NCBI GenBank assembly: GCA_965202585.1
Contig: OZ241833.1
Span: 44,330,001-44,394,000 of the forward strand
Reading direction: 5' to 3'
Source of the DNA: Thalia democratica
Lineage: Eukaryota
Length of the DNA stretch: 64,000 bases
Position numbers and translations under genes: made by a program. Positions 37,301 to 49,300 of this stretch are shown here, in pieces. A model generated the notes under the pieces. That model searched no databases, had not been told where the DNA came from, and worked only from the letters and a program-made list of their open reading frames with translations. The first letter of the stretch is position 1. Each line of letters begins with the position of its first letter.

Positions 37301-40300
37301 GATGGCGGCGTACCAGAAGGCGAAGGAGGAGCTGCACGTCGAGATCGAGAGGTTCAAGGTTCTCACCTCGCCCAAGCCGGTGAAGGGTGCGGGAAATTCC
37401 CCGAAACAGAGTAAAAGTTTGAGCGTTGAAAATTTGGATTTCCAAAACCAAAATATAGCTTCCCTGGTTGAAAAGGGGCCTGGATTGGTCGAGGAGTTTG
37501 ATAGACTGACTTTGACGATGCAGAGGAAGTCTACAGAAAGCTCCCCGGAACAGGATAAGTTGGCGGAAAACGGAAGTGCGCCTCTGCCGGCTAAAAGGAC
37601 GAGTCTGGAAAAACGAAGCTTATCTGTTGATGAAAAGAGGGAAATACCCGCGACTGAAATTTCACCGAAAATAATCGAGGAATCGCACACAGTGGGCGAA
37701 CTGCTTAAGACGTGGGAGCAAAAGTCCCCCATTAAGGTAGCTAAAACTAAAACTAAAAATTCCCCTAAACTTTCAGACTCGACACTTGCTGGTGGTAGAG
37801 AGCAGATTGGGACAGGAGAAAAGAGACCGGTGGCGGCCAAGCGTGTTAAATCGGTGTCTTTCGACCAACCGGAAGCTAGCAGCGTTGGTGAGGTTAGCCA
37901 ATCACAGAAGACCGAGGTAACTGTAGATAAAGCGCAATCAATTAACCAATCAAAAGACTTGCCGGCGAATAATTCGACTAATCAGAATGCTGCTAGCTCG
38001 TTCGACTCGCCGGCTTCGGTAATTGAAGCTGGCGATGTCAAACCTGCCAATGAGCTCAAAACAACAAAAGATGACGTTTTTGAAAGTAATGAGTTATCAT
38101 CTGGAATCGATCAATGTTTGGAGTCGCCGGAAAAACCAGAAACCAAAACTTTTAACAAAACTGATAATGAAAACGTTAGTTCTGAACGTAAGGAAGAAGA
38201 AAGCAGTGGTAATGAAACGAAACCTATTACTGAGCTGGTAGAAAAAAGACATAGCTCTCCCATAGATAACAAACCATATAGCAGTAACACTTCAACAAAA
38301 CTTGAAGAAAGGCCTGATATGTCTCAAAATGAACTTCGCGTTGACAAAACTACAGAGAAAGTTAACGATGAAGTCAAAGCTACGAATACCGATCAGAGTT
38401 CTGACAATAAAAATTCTAAACATAAAAGTGTGAGTGAGTCGCTTGAAGACAAAGCTACTGTTGGGACAGGCACAGACACTAAAATCGAAAACGAGAACAT
38501 AATTTCTCCTGTTGGCCAAATATTACCAGGCGAAATTTCAGGAGAAAATGTAGCGCTTGAAGGTACGGATGCCAGTAAAGTTAATGACATAAGAGCAAGT
38601 CTTGACAGTGAAAATGGTAAAAAAGAAGCTGAAAGTCCGGTCAAACAAAATATTTATAAAGACGATGTTAAAAACTTAGATCTTTCTGCAAACAAAACCG
38701 ACGCTGAAAGTGAAAGTTTTGCTGAGAATAAAAACAAGGAAAATCAGGGTGAAACTGCTCGCGATAGTTTTGTGGAACCAGCCGAAAACAAAACTGATGA
38801 AACCGTTGCTAAAGTTTGCAAAAGTCCCATTGTTGTCACACTTGATTCTGGAGAAAGTAAATCGATTATTTCAGAACAAACCAGGAAAAATGATAATGAA
38901 ATAAGACCTTTAAAAGATGACGTAGGTACAAACGACGATAAAACTATGGTTGATAATTCACCAATAAGTAAAAGAAATGAATACGGCAATCATGAAATTG
39001 AAAACGACTATTGTAAAGAAAGTTCGGATAACTCACTCTCTGATAAAAATAACGATAGTTTGAAAGCAGAAAAGCAAAAAGAAACACCTGAAAACATAAA
39101 ATCTAAGCCGATGAGTTCTACATTAGAAACGTTGTCTGACTCAGAAGCAAATGATACACAATGTAGTACAAAGATCATTAAGGAAACATCAGAGGACTTA
39201 AATAAAGATGATGAAGCGTTTCCAGTAAGCAAAAAGATTACACCGATTAATTCGAATCTAAATACGCTAACAAAGTTTGAAACCGATGCAAAAACGTTCG
39301 CCGAATTGTCGAAAGACAACCAAAATAATGCGAATTTAGACGAAAATGATGAGAAACAAAAAGTTGTGGACTCAAAGAAAACACCTCAGAGCTTGTTGAA
39401 ATCGGCCGCACTCATCCGCGGCGACGAATTCACTGACAACGAATCGGAATGCTCCACCGTGCACTACTCCGACAACGAGGCTTCTCATTGGCCGGTACTT
39501 CCCAGAGAGGAAACCGTCACCCCGGTGGTGAGGAGAAAGGTGGAAACTAACTACGACGACCTGAGCTTCTCGGATGACGACGATGATGACGTCAGCAAGC
39601 TGATGGAGAACTTGCAGGAGCAGCAAAAGTTGCAGGAAAATTTGAAAGATAAAATGAGGGCAGATATGACTGTTGAGGTCGATTCTGAGGTTTCTTCCAA
39701 CGGCACCGTCACCCCTCCCATTGTGGAGGAAGGCAAAATATTTCCGGTTTTCGCGAAACACGGTAGCGTGAGCAACTTGGCTGTTGATACGAACGTTGGT
39801 GGTAACAAGAGCGAAACAAGCGAAGGAAACGCAGTTGAGCAGCTTGGCAACTTGGCCGATGATGCAAGTGTTGACTGTAGCAAGAGTGAAGCATCTGAAG
39901 CAAAAATCAGGTGCGATCAGATTGGTAGCTTGGGTAAAGACGAGTTGTATGCTGACACAGAAGATGTTGTGGATGCACAGTCAGAACCTAAAACTCCTAG
40001 TTTTGAAAATGAACCAGCATCGCATCAGAGTAGTGAAACCGATACTTTGCAAAACACAGATTCAGACTTGAAAAGTGACTTGAGTGAGAGTCCTACAGCA
40101 GGAGAAAAAAGTATTAAAAACAATTTTGACGAGCTAGAAACTCAAACAAACAAAATGTCTAGTGATAAAGTGTTAACCGATAACTTTTCTCATGCAAGCA
40201 ATGATTCAAAGGATAAACATGAGGGTACTGACGAAAATGAAGCGGTAAAAAGTTTCCCAACATATCAACCAGGTGAATCTGGTAAACAAGCGCATGAAAA

Positions 40301-43300
40301 AAGTGAAATTGACGACCTCAAGTTAAGCCTAGATACTAGTTTAGCTGGTAAAGTATCGGAGCCAAATGAAATTGCCGATAGTACAGATGGTCTGAATCTG
40401 TTTGAAAGCGATTCTACTGAAAACGACTTGACGGTTATTTCAGAAGCTTCCGTGGTTTCAGACAGCGACAATGAGCTGGAACGTTTTGAGTACTCGGAAG
40501 AAATAAAAACAGAAGTGGTTAATGAGCCTGCTGTATCTGAATCTGACTCTGATGATGATATGGCACACTTTATGTCTTTTAAAGTCGTCAGCAAAAGCAG
40601 AGAAGACCTCGTTTCAGACTCTGACGTTGCAACAGAAGGCGAAAACGAAGAAGTGAAAAATTGTCAGAAAGATCTGGAAAACGAAATTTGCCTTGATTTT
40701 CCCGAAACCAAATCATCAGACGGCGTGACAAAATATGATGTTACAGGTGAACAAATTTCTGAATTGCTAAATTCCGATACATCTACGCCACCAGAACTAA
40801 ACACTGATGAAACAAAATCAACAGAGTTAAACCAAGATAATAATGTTAAGCCACAAAAACTTGATTTTGAAGAAACGATTTCATCAGACTTAAAAACGGA
40901 CAAAGTAACATCACCGAAACCAACAACAAAGTTGAACTTTCCGTCGGACGACAACACAAAACTATCAGACTTAAACAAAACTGATGAATCGCAGAGGTTC
41001 AGTTTCGGAGAAACGACCCCATCAGATTTAAAAGCGAACAAAGTCGCGTCACCGAGGTTAACAAAAAAATTCAGCTTCGAGTCAGACGATATCGAAAATG
41101 CTACGTCACCAAAGTTCAATTTTGAGTCGACCGAGCTCGAAAAAGTGGCGTCACCGGAATTAAAAACGAATGTAGTCACGTCACCAGAACTAAACTCTGA
41201 CGAAAACACGGCGTCTAAACAAGCAACTGGCGAAATTAATCCATCAAAGTTCAGTTTTGACAACTTTACTCCACCCGACCACAATATTGTCACATCACCT
41301 AAACTAAAAACTATGACGTCATCTGAGGAAACGTCAGACGAAGCATGCAAAGTCGCGCAAACAGAACCAACATCAAAGTTTGACTTTGAGTCGACCGAGC
41401 TCGAAACTGTGACGTCATCGAAACCTAATTTCGGCGAAACGACGTCACTCGAATCGGCAGACGGCGAAGCAAAAGCGCCAAAGTTCGGCTTTGAAGACTC
41501 GACTTTGTCCAAGTTGAAAACATCCGGTCGCAATGTTTTGACACCGAAACTAAGAGCCATGATGTCATCGGACGAAACGTCAGAGGCCAGCTCCGACAAC
41601 GAGATCGGCAAGTGCGCTCTGTTGGATCAGAAGTCCGACGCAAAGTACGAGGAGACGGCCAGCCAGGGAACCTCGGTGTTCTCGGAGGAGGAAAGCAGCG
41701 GGGTGGAAGCGTCGAAGCCGGTTTACTCGCAACCGCCCTGCTTCAACTGCGACGTGGTGAGGGATGAGGGTGACAAGAATGTCAGTAAAGTGAGAGTTTC
41801 GTCAGACAGTGACGATTTCAAGACAAAACGTGAACCAGCTGAAGTTTTCGCTGATAAAGAACTACATGTTGAAACTGGTAAAATCACAACTGCGGTTACC
41901 GCTGGCTCTGAAGTCAGTCAAAATGTTGGGTCGAAAAACGAGAATGTGAGTGAAAACGAAATTAGTGATAGTGCAAATTTAGCGGTAGATGATGTAAAAA
42001 GTATAACAAGCATGCGTGGTGACGATTCTGCGGTCACTGCTTCGTCAGCAGAGAAAAGTACACTTGAAAGTAGTGGTGATTCTAAACTAAGTAAAAACAA
42101 CAAGCTTTTGACTGATGAAGCAAAAATGGTAAAAGATACAAAGGATAACGAAGAAACATCTACTTCAAAGCTTGTAGAAACACAACTCAGCCAAAGTGAA
42201 GAAGGTGACACTTTACAAAATATCCAACTAGACAAGAAATCAGATTTACAAAGTAGTCTGGTACTCGATGAAACAACTTCAGCTGAGACGGAAAGCAATG
42301 AAGGCAATACTGTTGAAGCAAACTTTCACAACGACGGTAGTGAGGATGGTTTTCCTAGGATAAAAACCAATTTGGTTCAGAAATCTTTTGCGGACATTTT
42401 TGATTTTTCCGCAACTGAAGTTGAGAGCATTGAGAACGACGACAAGTACCTGCTCATTAAAAGCGACTCCATCGACATGTTTGCAGAAAAAATCAAAACC
42501 GATACGGTGGAAGAAAAACCAACGAACGAAACAGTAGAAAGTTCTGATTTTGTAAGTATTTCTACAGCAAAAGAACAGCCTGAGAGTTCAGAAGAGCAAA
42601 ATAAAAACCAAAAACTGAGCGAGAAGAACAAGCTGGTAAAAGACTATTCTTATGACAAAGTAATGAATAGCACGTTTCATGTAGAACTGTCTAGTTATGA
42701 AAACTCCCCTAATGTAGAAAATACACAAGGTGTAACTCAATTTTACTTGGGTGAACAAACAGAAATCGACAGTACTTTTACTGTACAACATAAAAGTATT
42801 GTGCATGATGAATACATTCAAAGTGAAACTTTGAGTGAATCTTTTGATAAAGCACAAGTGAACAGTCAAGCAGGTATGGACGAAACTTTTGATGACCAAG
42901 ATACTAAAAAGACTTATAAAGGGAGTTTAGAAGACAGTAGTTTACAGAGTGAGTCTTTTGATAAAGCGCAAGTGAACAGTCAGGCAAGCAAGGACGAAAC
43001 TTTTGATCACAAAGATACTAACAAGGCTTATGTAAATTATGAAGAAAGCTTCGAAGATGGTAGCTTACAAAGTGCGTCATTTCCAACCAACCCTTCTGAA
43101 ATCAAAACTTCAAATGAACAAAGCAAACAGCTTTTAAACAGAGAAGATAACTTCTCTGAGCTAAAAATTCTTGAAAACAAGTATCTTAAAAATTATGACG
43201 AAGGTGAACAGACCGTGCTTACGAAAGAAGACTTTCAAAAAGAAGTTTCTACTACTTGTGCAAACATTGAAGACCTTACAAGTCAGCTTAAACTTGAAGA

Positions 43301-46300
43301 TGATCCATTTTTGATGAAAGCTAGTGAAAAAGTAACGAGTGTTGCAGATGAACTTGATTCTGAAAATGATAACACGCAAAGAAATTTTGAAAGCAAGTTT
43401 AACACTGAATATAATTCAGATAAAGTTAAAGAAGAAATTGAAAATGATACGTATAATGTTAGTACAGTAAGTGCAAGTAAAATCGAACATCCAGACAAAA
43501 CCAAAAAGTCGGACGTCGTTACCGATGATTATAAAATTGAAACTAAACAACAAATGACAAGTTCAACTAAAGAAAGTATGAATGCTAGTGAAAAACTAAC
43601 GGGTGAAACGGCTACAAATAAACTAGGTAACAACGAAGAAAGTTTTAAATCCAGCTTTAACATAGCAGATAGTTCAGTAATCAAAGTTAAAGAAGAACTT
43701 GAAAGTATTACGTACAATAGTAGTACAACAAAAGCAAGTAAAACCGAAATGCCTGACAAATCAAAAATGTTAGATGTAGTTTCCGATGATTCTAAGTTTG
43801 GAATTAAACAAGAAACGGCTAGTGTGAAACAAGCTCCTATTAATGCAGATAAAACAAACGATGAAAATGCATCTGAAAAAGCTGAAGTTGTTGATAATGG
43901 CGATTTAATGCTTGATCAAAACGTCTCAAACTCAAGTTTTTTAGATTCTGAAATGCTTGATAAAGTAGCACAAGACAAACCATTGACAGTAAAAAAATTC
44001 AAAACGTTGAGTATTGATACTAGCGCTGAAACTTTAAACAAATCTTATGAATGTTCAAGCGAAGTTTCTGCGTCACAATCTAAATATTTAGTTGAAAATA
44101 CTTTAAAAGATATTGATAATTGTAAAAACGAGTCAGTAAAAGGATCAAGTGATGATTTAAACGAAGAAACTATTAATGCAGATAAAACAAACGATGAAAA
44201 TGTATCTGACAAAGCTAAAGTTGTTGATGCTAGCGATTTAATGCTCGATCACAACGTCTCAAATAAAAGTTGTCTAGATTCTGGAAGGCTTGATAAAGTA
44301 GTACAAGACGAATCAATCATTGAAGAAAATGTCGAAACATTAAGTACTGGTGTAAGCGTTGAACCTTTATACGAAATTTGTAAAAAGTCAAGCAAAGTTT
44401 CTACGTCACAATCTGAAAATTTAGTTGAAAATACTTTAAGAGATAGTGAAAAACGTAAAGACGATTCAGCAAAAGAACTTATTAGTGGTTTTTTGAATGA
44501 ACAGAGTGTATCGAACAATGGAAGTAGTGATTTGAATAACGTAGAGGTTAAAACCTACGATTTAAATACTAAAAGTTCTGATAGCTTCCAAAATGAGAGT
44601 TTTAAAGCAACTAAAGCTTCAAATGATCATTATGAACCAAGTACAAGCGGTCTTGTCTCGCCTGAACAAGGAAACAACAATGACTATACATCAAACTTAG
44701 ACACAAAAAATGATTCAGTGAATAAACAATACACTTCGAAAGTAACTCCTGAAAATAGCGAAGATTCTGTAACCGAACACAACACTAGTTCCACGCTGGT
44801 TGATAAATTTGATGTGGCAGTGAGCTTTAATGATTTTGAAGCTTTTGATAGCAGCTCAAAAGTTGAACATGCTTCAACACCTACCGCAGAAAACAGTGTT
44901 GAAAAAGAAGTTGTCGAACGTGAATGCGTTGGTTTGGGGTCTGATACAAATAGTAACTCTACTATATATAAAGATTCGACGAGAAATTTTGAAGAGGTTT
45001 CGAGTGTGATCGAGCATGAAAGTCTTGCTACTGGAAGTAAAAATGAGAGTGAAACTTGTTTAGAGTCGAAGTCAAAGAATGAAAAAACTCAGTTTATTCA
45101 AAATACAGGTGAAGACACTGAAATTAGGTTGTCAAATGACTTAAACGAAAAAGTTTTTGGCAATGTTGACTTTTTAGGTGTTGAAACCATGAACAATGAT
45201 AAAAATGAAGTTAAAAACGCAGATTTAGTTTCAAATGAGGTTGAGTTTAAAGAACAAAATATTAGTGATGACGAATATAGCAAAAAAATATCAAATACTT
45301 CTAGTGTAACTAAACACTTAATAGAGGATTCAAAAAGTAAGAACGAATTTCTAGCACCAAAAAACTTTTCGGACAACGAAGACGCTAGTTCGGTAAAAAG
45401 TGCAGATTTTAATAAGTTTTTTTCAATCATTGAATCTAGTTCATTAATTAAAAGTGAAAACTTATTCAAAAATCCTTCTACCAGTAGTCGTTTGGACAAA
45501 GATGACAAAGCCGAAAGACCTACATCTGAAGAAAAGTCTACGGACTTTGACGAAAAAGTAACTGTACAAATTAAAGTATCTAGTGAAATGCAAAACGAAC
45601 AAGATATAGACGAAGACAGCTGTATGGACAGTCTGAAGCTAAAAAGCGGTGACGTGATAGACGAAGACTCCATTGACGTTAGCAAACAGCTTTCGGTGGA
45701 TTCCCTCGACAAAAACATGGCGGTTTCATCAGACTCCCTGAACGAGGTTACCATAGCTACCGACTCGCTGAGCGTTGGCAACGAGCTGTCACCCGGTTTC
45801 CAGGGAGCTTTTGACAGGTTCGATGATAGTGCTGAAAAATGCAAAGAAAGCAATGAAGTTTTAAGCTCGACAATTCATGATATTGTACAGTCACCTGACC
45901 TGATTAAATCAACAAATCGTAATCATGAGGCAGAGTTTGAAAGTTTAGACGTCGTAAACGATGCAGAAAAAGCAGATACTAATGTTTTAACGGGTAGACA
46001 GTGCATATTTGAAGAGTCTGCAGTCAAAACAAATGACGAGCTAAAAGGTTCTGGAATCTTACAAAGTGTTTACGAAAGCACGGGAAACAAAAATGACCAA
46101 ACATCAGGAAATGAAAATATTTTGCTGTCAGAAAACAGTAATAATGTGTTCGGCAACACAGCAGAATTTATTGGCACCGATGCAAGCGTTTTACAGAAAA
46201 ATGAACAAAGGGAAAGTTCTGACAGAGATAATAGTAGCTGCACGGATAAAGTGCAACAAGAAATTGCAAAAACTGAAACTCCAGCAGACAACTGGGGAGA

Positions 46301-49300
46301 GTTCGTAGAAAATCGCCTGTTTAAAAACGATCAAGAAACTTCAAACGTAACTAGTGATAAAACGGAAAATAATTCTGACAAAAATGATCTTCAACATGTG
46401 GTGAGCTTGAAAGAAATTCTGTTGGAATCGGAAGACTGCGAAAGTGACGAAAGTGAAGACAGTCCGTTGCTACTAACAAAAGCACAGAAAAATGTTGATA
46501 TCTCTGAAGCAAAATACTTGAGTGACTCAGACGGTAGTGAAACCGATAAACTGCTCCCAACTAAAAAGGACTATCCCCTCGACAGCTTGAAACCAGTTTA
46601 CGCTGAAAACCCTAGTTTGTTGCACAATGAGTACGAAGATTTAAAAAGTACCAAGAAAAACGAGCATGAACAAAGTAGCTCTTGTAAAGTCGGAATACCG
46701 AAAAGTCCATCCACGTATGATTTTAGCAAAACGTTTTTAGGTGAAAACTTCACTGACGAAACGAAATACGGTAATGCTTCTACTAATTTACAAAAGCAAG
46801 ATATTAAAGATTCAATGAGTGAAGGACTTAATCACGCTGAATTTAATCCAGAAGTCACGAGTCATAATATAGCAATTTCATCGCAAAAAGCGATTGAAAA
46901 GAGTACTGATAAGTTGCTTGAAGACTACGAAAGACCAGCTTTTTTAACAGACTTTAAAGAAAGTACTGATACTTTGGAGTGCAGTAAAGCAATAAGAAAA
47001 GGTCTGCAAAGCTTGAAAATGACCCAAAAAAGCTTCGACTCGGCCGCCGTGACACCAAAACTAGAACAACGTAGTTCGTCTAGTGACAAATCTCAAGCAA
47101 GTGTGGTTTTAGATGACATATCTTCGTCAAGCCTAGCAAGACATAACGTACCTTCTACAGGCTCGTTAAACAAGTTTAAAGATGAAATTTTTCCGGATGA
47201 TTTAGACGAAATACCTGCAAGCCCGTTACTTGAAACTACATATGACATATCTCCACTAACCGATGAAAGACCTATTGTAAGTTCACTGAACAGAACTACA
47301 TACGACATGTCTCCTACCAACGACAATGTACCTGCGAGTTCGTTGCATAGAACTACATATGACATATCTCCAGAGAACCTGATAACAGACGATAAACATA
47401 CTACAGGTACGCAAAAAAGACCTACATACGACATATCTCCTACCAACGATATTATACCTGCAAGCTCGTTGCATGAAACTACATATGACACATCTCCAGA
47501 CAGTCCGGTACGAGATGACAATCCTCCTGCCAACGACATACCCGCAAGCTCGTTGCATAGACCTACATGTGACACATCTCCAGACAGTCCGGTACGAAAT
47601 GACAATCCTCCTGCCAACGACATACCCGCAAGCTCGTTGCATAGACCTACATGTGACACTTCTCCAGGCAGTCCGGTACGAGATGACAATTCTCCTGCCA
47701 ACGACATACCTGCAAGCTCTTTGCACGGAAACAACCAAAGCGGTCGCGCGACGAGCGTCAGTCCCGACAATCTGCACGGAACCCACAAGGGTTCCATCGA
47801 CGATCTGAGGGCAACCAGTTCGGTGAACATCGCAGACGCGTTTGATTCGCTGAAAAGTGCAGAAGTTGCGGATTGTTTGGAGGAGCGCAAGAGTGGAAGC
47901 TCGTCAGAAAGGAAACCTTCGGAGAGCACAGACTCGACGAAAACGGCAGTGGCTGTCCCGTCGAGCGAGCCCCGGTCTTCCGAAAGCACGTCCCTGGTCG
48001 GGAGCTACAACGCCGATTTCGACAACGGGGATTTCCCGAAACAGAAGGAAGAGGACGAGTACATGTCGATGGGGCGCGAGTCGAGCTACTCGAACCTGGA
48101 GGACTCGGTTGCCTCGCAACCGCTGCAGGCCATCCCTGAGAACGAGGTTCTCTCGCCTCTCTCGAAAAGCTGGGGATTCCTGTCGGACGAGGAGAGCGAC
48201 GAGCAGAAGGAGCAGCACATGCGCAGCTTCACGGAGAAATTCTCCCAGTTCGTCGCCACCGTAAACGTCGATGCTCCTTTAGATTCTCCGTCCACAGTCG
48301 TCAGTCAGAAAGACAACATGACACTTCAACTGCAGCCTAGTAGTGACGTCCAAGTTGTTGGAAAGTCGCCGATGTCGACATCTTCCATCAGTAGCTATTT
48401 GGAATTGGAGAAGGTGGCGTTCGAGTCGACCAACGAGGACTACGTGTACCTGAGCGGGCACCACGGGGTAATACCCGAGAAAGAAACGAATATTAATGAC
48501 AACGAATCGTTTGCAACCAGCGCCAGCTTCACCGACTCGATAATGTCCGAGCAGATCTTTCACACCACTTCCTTCGAGGAGCTGGACTGCAGAAGCGTGA
48601 CTAGTGACGTCACAATGATAAAGAAGAAGCCGAGGAGCAAGATTCCGGTGCTGAGGGAGCAGAGGTCGTTGAGGAGCTCGAAGTCGAGCAATGTCAGCAA
48701 GAAATCGGTTGGTAGTAGGTTGGCATCAGCAACCAAGGCGTCTAGTAGCAGATCTTTAGCATCTAAGACGAGGCAAAGAAGCTTACACGATCGAACGACG
48801 CCGAAACGAGCAGTAAAAGCTAAAAAAGACCTCAACAAGAACGTTGTGGAAAGGCCTGTTAGGACGCAAAAATCAAAACCGCCTGTAAAGCAGTCTAGCA
48901 GCGGCAAAACGAAAACAAGCGTGGAAAAAACCCCCGTTAAGAAACCGGAATCCAAGAAAACGTTGGCGAAGAAGCAGCTTCAGTCAGTCAACAAGCTGTC
49001 CTCACCTCGCCCCATGTCCCCACTTTCCCGCTCATCCTCCAACAACTCTCTCAAGTCGGCTCGCTCCAGGAGCATGGTCTCTTCGCCGGGGAACCCCGAA
49101 GACAGGTCAATCACGCTGAAGGGCCAGGCTCAAGCGGGCAAAAAGTACATAGCGTTGAAGGAAGGCGTGTACACCTACAAGATGTCTTTACAGGAGGAAA
49201 AAGAGAGGCAGGTCCAGTCTCCGATGAGCCAGGACTCGATGGGCTCGAGTCAGAATGTGTCGGCGGTTCTCGGGGGCAGTGCTAACTTGAAGAGCAAGAG

